27,994 bases of DNA from Rhizaria sp. SCN 62-66 (taxonomy: Eukaryota): assembly GCA_001724265.1 (NCBI GenBank), contig MEDY01000075.1, positions 62,001-89,994 on the forward strand. Direction: 5' to 3'. How positions within the stretch are numbered: position 1 is the first letter of the stretch; every line of letters starts with the position of its first letter. Shown here one piece after another: positions 18,836-27,994 of the stretch. The notes under the pieces are model-generated. The model saw only the letters and a list, made by a program, of their open reading frames with translations. It did not search any database and was not told the origin of the DNA. The position numbers and the translations under genes are program-made.

Positions 18836-21800
18836 CAAGCTCTTCTAACCCCTCGATGGCGAGCCCGAGCGCGAGTGGTAGCTGCTCTAGTGGCGGCGGT
18901 GGTGCGACAATGACGACCGAGACGCTGCGTGCCGACGAGTTTGCACGGATGCGGCTCTCTTCACTTACGTTCAACACACAAAAGCAACAAATGCTGCTGC
19001 TGAAGCAATATCAGCAACACACTCAAAACGCAGGCGGCTTACCTTCTGTGGCGATCGGCGTAACTTCAGTGTCTCAGTTCGAGTACCCACGGTCACAAGC
19101 CGTCTTAGCGACTGTATACTCCAACATCAACAACAGCACAAGCTCGGGCGTTGGCGCTTCTCCACAGCAACAGCAACAGCAAGAGCAGCAGCTGTTTTCT
19201 GTTGCGCCTCCAGCGCTGCCTCCGTGGTCTGTCTCGTTCGACTTGGTACCGGCGCCTGCAGCAGCGGAATTGCAAGAGGTCTTCGCCTCTGCTAATGCGT
19301 TTACTCCAGCCTCACGCACTACCAACAACAGCAATAACAACAACAGCAGCACTGCTGCCGGCTCGAGGGCTAATGGGGGCAGCAACTCGGCCTCTGCGAA
19401 TGGGAGCACACGCTCTGGGTCTGGTACAAATACTGGCGGTCCTAGTAGCAACAGCAACAGCAACAGCGCTAACGACGTCGTCCGTTACACCGTTCACGGC
19501 ACTCCGTTACTCCCTCAAGCCATCTCCACATCGACAACAGCGAGCGACGCGCACAATTCGAACTCGAGCGCGACTGCTGCCTCTGAAATCGCGCCGCTGT
19601 CGCTCCCTCTGCTGCTGCAGTGTCCGTCGCTATGTCCCGCGCGCGCGCTGGCGGCCTGGGCTGTGCCCGCGACCGCCGTCGCCGCCGCCGCAGCCTGGGC
19701 GCTGGCGCGCCGCCGCCGCGACAGGCTCGGCCTGCGCCGCGCGAGGCCGCCACAGTCGCAGGCGGAAGGTACTTACCCAACGGGTACTTACCCTGCAGGC
19801 ACGCAGGCTGTGGGTGCGAGTACCACAGGGACACCGCGGCGGCGCCGCCAAGTTGTGACTCCGGTGTCGCAGGTGCAGTCGCTGCCGCCGCCGCCACTTC
19901 CACGCGCGCGCGACAGCGACTTCGACACTAACAATAATAGCGGTGTTCACGGTCAAGCGCAGAGTTTGAGCATGACGACTCCGCGTGCGAGCTTCAGCTT
20001 GGAGCGCCGGCCGAGTCTGAGCGTTGGCTCCACCGGGGGCACGCTGCGGCGGCGGCACAGGCTGCGCGGCGGGGGCGCGCTGCTCACGGTCACTGCGTGC
20101 GGCGAGGCAGGTGCGAGGCGCGTGCCCGCCTGCCAGGTGATTAACATGGCGCTGTTTGGGGCCAGGCGGAACCCGTTACACGTCAAAGGTACTTACCGTG
20201 ACGGCAACAAGAACTCTGCTCATGGAAATGTAATTATCAAGAGTTCCAGCTCGAGTGTTGACCAGCTTGAAACAAGCGCAAGTTTTGCTTCGAAGTCGAG
20301 TGAGCTGCATGTCTCGAACGATGGCGATCGTGATAGCAGTGATTCTGACTCTGAGACTGCGGGCGCGAATGTAAGTAGTGCAACTGTAAGTGCTCGTCAG
20401 TGTTTGTTGGTGCCGTGCGCTGTGCGAGTGACTTTGCGGACATACCCCGCGACGCTCACTCTCGTGCCGACGCCATCTAACGCAGCGACAACACCAGGCA
20501 CAGCAACAGCTACAACAGCAGCGGCAGCAGCGTCTGATGGCAGCTCCAGTGCGAGCGCCACTGATGCTGACGCGAGGCAGATTGACGGAGAGAAGCCTGC
20601 GTTGACGACTGTGATGCGCCGCTCATCTTTAGCATATCCAAACTCTCAATTTTCACCACAAAACGCGTTTTACCACAGCAATATCAACTCAGCCACCAAC
20701 ACAACCAGTGAGAGTGGTAAAAGCAACGCCAATGCGGTTGTCGCTGTGCCGCCTCAGTCCCAGTCGCAGTTTCATCAGACGCAGACCGAGGTCGAGCTGG
20801 TTATCCCAGTCACTTTGACCGTGAGCGGCGTCAGTATCAAGCTGCCACCGTCGTGCGACCGCGTTTTCTGGACCCCCTCTTCGATCGGCGGCGCCAACGC
20901 GAAGAGTAGCATGAATAACGCTGCGAATAGGCACGGTGCGTTGAGCTGCGGCGACGATGTGCTGTGCTCTGGACGCGATCTAGCGGTCGAAGACCTGTTC
21001 ACGACTCTTAACACGAACAACAAGAAGAAGCACAACAAACAGTTTAATCTGATCACACATAAGCCTGATGCCACCAGTGTAAGCGCGAACGCGTATGGCG
21101 GTACTGTTTGTAGCAAGTGCTCTTGTAAGAAGTCTTAGCACGGTGGCGTTGGTTCTGCCTTTGCGAGGTCGGCGTGCAACTGTCCCCGCGGTGTCAGTTT
21201 CACTTGCAGCAAGTCACAGTCGCACCGCTGTGCCGGTGATCACGGGCAAAGTGACCGTGAACCGGCGCGCGCGAGTGACTGCGAGCAATGCCGCTCTGCA
21301 CCGGCATTGTCATCATCTTCAGCAAATGCCGCTCGCAGTGGCCGCCCGGCTTGTTTCTGCTTTCTCTCAGCAGTCGCAGTTGGCGAGGGCGTGATTTCAC
21401 GTGCGTTCGCGCACGGCGTCAACACTGCTGTTGCTGAGCTTTTGGCTGCGAAGCTGCCTGGAGTTGTTGCACGCTTTAACGCGTCATACAGCAACGCGAC
21501 GCACAGTGCGAATAATAGCACGGCTGGGAGCAAAGACACTCACGACTCTACTGCTGCCGCTGCAGACTTACCTACTCCAGCGACACTGACCGCGACGGCT
21601 GCAGCCGTGGATTCGGAAAAGAGTGGAGGTGCAAGTACAAGTGCGGGTGCACGTGTAAGCAGCGATGTAAACAGCAGTGTAAGTAGTGTTAGTGGGCTGA
21701 CATCTGCGGACTCAGCAGAGCGTGCGCGGGCGACGAAGGCGATTTCGCGCGCAATCGCGGGCATGCTTGTCACTTCTGGCGGCAAGAGCAAGGGCCGGAA

Positions 21801-24800
21801 GAGCTACGAATGCAAAGACAACATTAGCAACGCCGCGGGCACTGACGACAGCATGAGTACTGAGAGTGAGAGAACCGGTGGGTTGCATGTTGTGATTGAT
21901 CTCACGCGCAAGTCTGTCTTTGCTCTCGGCGAAGACGACGACAATATCAATATCAGTAATGGCTTCTTCGGCAGCAGCAGCGACAGCGTTGCGGCGACCG
22001 CGAATGCGAGTTCGAATGCTAGTGTGACTAAAGAAGGTGAGGGTGCCAAGACTGTCGAGTGCTGGCTTGGTGCTTTATCTTACGCTTCCGCCAATCAAAG
22101 TCAGCTCAAAACCGACACAAGCACAACTCCTACGAACGCGGACGCGCACGCTTGCGCGGACAACATTGGGCTTAAGAAGAGTAACATTGCTGTAGATGTC
22201 AACTCGAACGCGCCTGACAGCGACGATGAGGACCGCAGCTGTGCTTTCACTGACAGCGATGCCGCCGTCAGAACGCACGGCACGCGCGATTCTCACAGTC
22301 ACCCCGCCGCCACGACCACTGGTCTCGCTAACACGGCTGCAAATGCGGCTGGGGCTTCAAATGCGACCGCCGGTGTGAGCAGTGGCGTCGCGCCGATTAT
22401 TGTGTTCCCCAATTCAACCACGAACGCTGCCTCGTCTGCGACGCAGATGCCGCCGCCGCCACCGCCACTGCTGTCGACAACTGCGCACGCGTCTGCTGCC
22501 CACGTTCACTTTTTCGCTGATCCGGCGACTCACAGTCAATCCCACGCGAATACGCTGACCGCTGATGCCCCCGCGACCGGAGCAAGCTCTAGGTTCAGCG
22601 CTAATTATGACGGCAATCCAAACGTGAGCAACAACAACTGCACCGGCGAGAGCAGCAGTTTAAGCGGGTTCAGGTACCGTCCGCGCGCGTACAGCGTCAC
22701 TGCTGCCGCCGCCGGCGCCGCTGCCGGGCGCAACTCGAGCGACTCCAATAACAACAAAAACAGTGGCGACAACAACAGGGCGGCGAACGCTGCGGCGGCT
22801 GCCTTTGCTGCTTTTGCCGCTGCGAACCCGAGCTCGAACAAGAGCGCCAGCGCGAGCTCTAACGCTAAGATTGATCCTGAAGCTGGCGCTGGGGCTGGGA
22901 CTGGCCGGCGTCGGTTCGGCAGTTTTAGCGGTTTTATCGGCAACAACCCTGGTGACGGAAGCAACAAGTACCAAACGATGCATTTGTCGCCGTTGTCCAA
23001 GTTTCAGCAGCAACAATTCCACCGTCAGTATCAGCAGCAGCTGTGGCAGCAAGATCAGGAGCTCCAGTCGCAGTTGCAACTGCAGCAAGGTGGCTTTGCG
23101 ATTGGAGGCGATAACAACGTGGGGTTAGATGAGGCTCTGTATAACTCGTTTGTGGGCGAGAACACACTTTCATTATTGATGGGGGCGCTTGCTCGCGAGA
23201 CGGCGCCTGCTCAGGCAACAGTTATTTCCGACTTCATCTTAACGCAGCAGCAGCAACCACAACACAGGCATAAGCTGCATCACTCCTCAACAGCAGAGTC
23301 TATCGGCGCTACGGCTAATCCGAACTCCAAGCCTTTTGTGACGACGACAACCCGCTTCATTGGCAACTCCGCTGCGGACACAACGAATAACACCAATGCT
23401 CGTGCACACCATGCCAGTTTTACTGGTACGGTTCCTAATGCGCTGCCTCTGACAAAACACCGTCGCTCACACAGTAGCAGCAGCATCAACATCTCCAGCC
23501 TGATTCCGCATCCGTCATCGTTTGACATGAGTTTCCTTGCTCACAAAGACGCTACACCCAGTAAAGATAGGAGTGCCCGTAGAGGTGGTGTTGATGCAGG
23601 AACCCATGCCCACGAGGCCGGAACACATGCTCCTCGCGCTCCTGCTGTTGCGGTTGCGGCTGGCGCTGCGGTTAAGCCGCCACCGGTGCCTCCGCGCCCG
23701 CACTCGCGAGCGGGCTCGCCGTCGCGCTCGCAGCAACAACACCAGCCGCAGTCGCGGGCGCAGTCGCCGTCGCTTTTGTCGTTGCTGGCGTATAGGCCGG
23801 TTCCCGTGGTGGTTCCCTCACATCTCGCTAGTGATAAGAACCTGAGCGCGACCTACGCCCGGAATCTAAGCGCATTCGAGCATAGAAACGCGGATATGCG
23901 TAAGAAAGCGAGTGCGAGTGGGAGTGTGACTGTGCACGCTGGCGCGATGTCGACACCGTCGCTGATGCACTCAGCAACCTTCTCTCCCGAGGCCGTGCCA
24001 GAGCTGTTCCCAACAACGTTGGCCTCGGCGCCCGCACATAACGGTATTGCGACTCGTGTTGATACGAGTAACGCGCAACGTCAGCCACAGCCTGCTTCTT
24101 TGGGTGCCGAAAGCCGCCGCAGTTTTTCTGGCACCAACGTGGTGACTCTCAGTGATAGCAACAATCAGAGCCACATTGCCGTGAATGGAAACCACATCGA
24201 CGACAGTGACAGCGACAGTGAGGAAGACCCAGAGCTTGCCCGTATCAAGAAGACGACGAAAGCCTTGCGCCGTACGAGTGCAACGATCGCGGCCGCCGCA
24301 GCCGCCGCCACCGCCGCAGCTGCCGCTGCCGCAGCAGCTGAAGCCGAAGTGCGTGAGCTCGACACAGACACAGCTACTGCTGCTGGGAATGCAAATGGCG
24401 CGCAGGCGGAACCTCAGTTAAGCCAGCAGTTCTCCGCTGCTCCACTGCCTTCGTCGTCGTCGTTGTCGTCATCGGTGGTGGTGTCGTTGTCGACTGCGTC
24501 GCTGCCGTTGCCGCGCGCCCAGTGGCGCTCGCTGCTGTTCACGCTCGCACACCGGCCTCCGCGCCCGACCCCAGTCGCCCCGTACCTCTCACTCATCACC
24601 AACAACACCACCAATCCGAGCGCAGTCGCGAGCAAAGCCCCGGCGAGCTCCAGTGGCTCTGGCTCGAGCGTCGGTGAGTTTTCGGGACAGGACTTCGCGG
24701 GCGTCGACTTTTCTGGACTCGACCTTGCCACCACGCGCCCCGCCACGCATCCTCTGCTCTGGCCCTTACTCTCCTCGCCCCAACTGCGCTTGCCCGTCTC

Positions 24801-25481
24801 GGCCGCCGCCAACGTGATGTATCTGCCCGTGCGGCTGCATCTCTGGCGCGGTGCCCGTGTTGCACAGCTCGGATTTTGCACTGCAGCCCGGTACAACAAA
24901 CCGGAGGCGGTGGAAGTGCTAATTTTTGCCGAGCGAGTTGCGCGCGCGGCCGCGTTGGCGACTGCGATGAGCAATGCCAGCAGCTGCGGCAGCGGCGCTG
25001 GCGGACGCGGTCGCCGAGTGAGGGGTGCGCGCAGTCGAGGTAGCTCTGACGACGACGACGACGACGACGACGGTGGCGACGATAATGCCAACGTTGACGA
25101 CGAGAGCAAGCCAAGCTCGCCTGAGGCTGACGTCACTGCAAAGACTGTGACAACGACAGTTGATTTAACTAATGCTGCTGCTGCTGTTGTTGCTACTGCT
25201 CCTGCTGCTGCCGTCGCTCCTGCCTCAAGCGCGATCACTTCCGCCAATATCACACAGGCGCAATCGCGGCCACAGCAACAGGCGCCGTCGCCATCGCGGT
25301 CGCAAGTTAAGCCGCAGCCCGAGTCCGCTTCCGAGTGGAAGCCAGAGGTACCCTCCCGGTCCCGGCCGCATCAGCGGCGCCCGGTGCCTCCGATCCCCGC
25401 GTCGCCTGCTCACAGTCAGACTCGGCTTGGCGTCAACACTAGCATTAACAACACTGTGAGCGTTGACAGCGGCCGCAATAG

Positions 25482-25518
<37 letters not shown>

Positions 25519-26766
25519 CGGAGCCAGAGCCAGAATTGCGACGTTGCATTGCCGCCGCTGCTTTCGTCATTCGGCCACGCACCGCTGCCTTCAACTCGAC
25601 ACTCAACGTTAGCAACGCCAGCAACAGCAGCAGCAACAGCAGCAGCAACAGCAGCAGCAACAGCAGCAGCAACAGCAGCGCCTGCTGCGGCAGCGACGAC
25701 ACCTGTGCTGGCAGCGTTGACAGCAGCGGCGTCTGCAACAAGTGCTGCTGGGACTGTAGGCTCAGTGCCGCCCCCGGTTGTCGTTGTCGTCGCCCCTGCT
25801 CCTAACGCTGCTGTTGGCGTGACTGCGCATGCCAGCGCTATCGCGCATGCTGCTGAGAGCGGCGCGACGTCTCTGCCGCCGCCATCGACGCCACTGTCTC
25901 GGTCACAGTCGCCGTCTGCTGCGAGCCCAAACGCGGTCACCACCAATACGAGCGCGAACGTGACGAGTCCGAGAGCTGCTGTAAGTGGCAATGCAGCTAC
26001 CACAGCTGCCACAGCTCTGTCGTTTGACTTACCGCCGCCTCCGCCTCTACTTGACGACCTGTTCGCCCCTGTGAGCACTGCGTACAAGGACCTCAAATCG
26101 GACGACGGCGGCGGCGCATCTTCTGCGCTATCCCACTTGCGGCCGCGACCGCGCTCTCTGTCGCGCACGCGCTCGCTGTCGCTGTCGCAGTCTCAGTTCC
26201 CCGCACTCATGACCACCAACCCCGCGGCCGCCGCGACGGCCGCTGCGGCCGCGGCCGCCGCTGCCAGTGTCGGCGGCGTTGGCGAAGGAACGCTGGTCAC
26301 GCTGCGTGTGTCGCAGTCAGTGGCCGCCGCTGCGGGCCAGCAGCAGCAGCAGTCGACGGTTGGCAGCGACGGCGGCGCCTCAGCGTGGCCGCGCCGTGTG
26401 TGCTTCGTGGACGATAACAGTGATAATGCGTTCAACGTCTACAGTCACTTTGCGATGCGACAGGCGACGCAGCGCGAGAAGATGCAGAAAGAGCAGTTGG
26501 CTGAGCAGCAGCAACGGCGTGGCCTTGTTGGCGATGGTGAGAGTCAATGTCAGGCAGCGTCGCTGTTGACGCCGGATCTCTCCAGTTTCTGCTCAGGAGA
26601 GGAGCTGGAGGGGGATTTGTGCAGTGTGCACGCGTTCTGGTTCCCACCGCCGGAGGGCGGGAAAGGCGAGCAGGCGGATCCGCTGTGTCGCGAACTGTTC
26701 GAGCGCATGGCTGAGTTGCAACTTACTCTTGAGCAGCAGCAGCTACACCAACAACAGCAAAGATAA
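15790..26766 (+). CDS. Giant (~3,658 aa) low-complexity protein with a dispersed HAD-superfamily domain; in-frame TAG at 16381-16383 and 21136-21138
   Basis: Track ORFs 15643-16383, 16411-21138 and 21307-26766 share one frame and the gaps contain no stop other than the two TAGs. HAD motifs occur in order: LSFDFDQT (17878-17901), SIVTA (~18130), YNKPEA (~24892), CFVDDN (26401-26418). First ATG at 15790; ends in TAA followed by AT-richer sequence. Confidence 0.75.
16542..16640 (+). repeat. Coding (AAC)n/(AGC)n microsatellite, poly-Asn/Ser
   Basis: Imperfect AAC runs encoding NNNNINNNSNNNNNNNNNK...SSSSNSNNNN. Similar tracts occur at 17930-18012 and 18803-18835. Confidence 0.9.
25480..25533 (+). 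repeat. Coding (AGCCAG)9 hexamer repeat, (SQ)n
   Basis: Nine units, one of them the variant AGCCGG. Confidence 0.95.
25621..25680 (+). repeat. Coding 12-mer repeat (GCAACAGCAGCA)n, (ATAA)n
   Basis: About five tandem units are directly visible. Confidence 0.9.
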
Positions 26767-27044
26767 TTGCAGTCCTTGCACCTGTGTTAGTTGCCGTTTG
26801 TCAGCAACAGATGGCAGCGTCTATGTTCGCGCTGCCGTGCTGTTTTTGTCATCGAACAGAAAATGTTATTTAGTACGACGACAATCTCAACGAAGAACTT
26901 TTTGATTTTATGTCCATTTTTAGAACGGTTGTGTACAGATCATTATAGCTTTTATGATCGTAATACACTTGAACTTACCACGTCTAAACATGCTGACGAC
27001 AAGTTTTGTTACAATTTGGCTCTGTGTGCAAAGATGTACACGCA

Positions 27045-27769
27045 GGTATCGTGAATTGTTTGTCAAAAACGAGAATCTAAGTACTTGGCGACCTCAACGT
27101 CACAGTTGCAGTGAGACCATTGTGATGCCTGCGCTCAACGGTCTACGTCTCGAGTGAGAAGCTTGAAACAGCATCTCATGCGAGAAAAACACGATGATCC
27201 TGGAGGTGGTTGAAAACGACCATGATTTCCAAATCACCTCCAAAAACACCTGCACCAATGCGCGAGGAGTTCTCACCTCTGACGAAGGCGCGCTCAGTGA
27301 TGTCACTCTTGAGCTCTCCCCGGTCGGCATGACCCTGGACGACCTTCACGCGCGTGGCCGCGTCTCCAACCCCGGGGCCGTGTCGCACGACGTACTCGAC
27401 TTCCTCAAGGACTTACACGCCGGCGGCCTCGTCTTCATGAACCTGCGCACGTCCAACATCATGCACCACGACGTCTTTGACGACGAAAAAGACCCAGGCA
27501 AATTTCGCAGCACGTACCACGTCATCAACTTTAAGTACGTGTGCCCCGAGGGCGAGGAGGTACCCAAGAGGCTCAGGTACTGGGACACTCTCAAGAATGC
27601 TGGGTTTAAGACGGGTGAGAGCCGGTCGTCCTAGCTCATGGGTCTCGTGATGTTGGGCGGAATTATGGCCGAGTGCAAGCTGATAGTTACGGGACGATCT
27701 ATTAGTACCTCTAAGGTGTGCGCCATGGATTGCTGGAGCACAGTGTCGCCGGTACTCTTAAAACGCTAA
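27045..27769 (+). pseudogene. Degenerate protein-kinase-like sequence resembling the kinase module of Crinkler/RHS-type (CR) proteins
   Basis: LELSPVG...DVLDFLKDLHAGGLVFMNLRTSNIM...YHVINFKY matches L.PVG...LH..G.VHRD.R..N+...+IDFE, with both catalytic Asp residues changed to Asn. After TAG 27632 the frame continues LMGLVMLGGIMAEC (subdomain IX-like) to TAA 27767-27769. An in-frame TGA at 27164 breaks the 5' side. Confidence 0.55.
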
Positions 27770-27994
27770 ATAAAGCAGAAGCAGCAGTAGCAGCAGCAGC
27801 TACAGCGATGAAAGCAGCTGTCGCGACCAGTTTAGCCACCGCGCCCGTTACTTTACCAGAACCTCCAAACTCGGCCCAGTTCAAAAGTAGTACACTGTAC
27901 CCCTGATGTAGAGGTTTATGAAAAAACGTGTTTTCCGCGATTTTCGCGCCTTGGTGCGCACTTTTCTATTTCACTACGAGCGAAATAGTCCATC

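Noticed and set aside
12045-20196. Recurrent 9-mer GGTACTTAC (GTY) in the CRT-like gene (12045, 12066, minus) and the giant gene (19768, 19783, 20188)
   Set aside because: Only three independent sites after discounting local duplications, which is compatible with chance and codon bias given the number of possible 9-mers.
2973-21138. TAGs as pseudogene lesions, pyrrolysine codons, or A-to-I editing sites (TAG to TGG)
   Set aside because: The affected genes have no frameshifts or TGA/TAA lesions. Pyrrolysine is not known in eukaryotes. Trp fits neither the METTL16 column nor the disordered contexts. Editing is not formally excluded without RNA data.
119-26905. Numerous antisense and alternate-frame ORFs in the track (e.g. 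119-454+, 5867-6370+, 24414-25253-, 25416-26168-)
   Set aside because: They are shadows of GC-rich, low-complexity coding sequence in another frame or strand and have no motifs of their own.
1-27994. tRNA (including a CUA-anticodon tRNA), rRNA, CRISPR array or intact transposon
   Set aside because: No cloverleaf, rRNA-like tract, spaced direct-repeat array or transposase/RT motif was found by eye. The repeats present are coding microsatellites.

Overview
Gene-dense eukaryotic (protist-like) nuclear DNA with GC-rich exons full of low-complexity tracts and short AT-rich GT-AG introns. Genes in order: 5' part of a His-rich protein (-), METTL16/RlmF-family RNA m6A methyltransferase (-), VHS-domain (TOM1/TOL-like) adaptor (-), TRM61 tRNA m1A58 methyltransferase (+), CRT-like transporter (-), a ~3,660-codon protein carrying a fragmented HAD domain (+), and a degenerate kinase relic (+). 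The main observation is that TAG appears not to act as a stop codon. Six in-frame TAGs sit inside otherwise continuous reading frames (3678, 2973, 11304, 16381, 21136, 27632), two of them within the conserved METTL16 domain, while the inferred gene ends all use TAA or TGA. This points to a variant nuclear code with UAG as sense; Leu is favoured and Gln is the alternative. The TRM61 introns also appear to host two paralogous H/ACA-like RNAs with compensatory base changes and a C/D-like RNA with a compensated non-canonical kink-turn. A further structured RNA candidate lies behind a TATA box at ~14.64 kb. All family assignments come from motifs recognised by eye; no searches were run.
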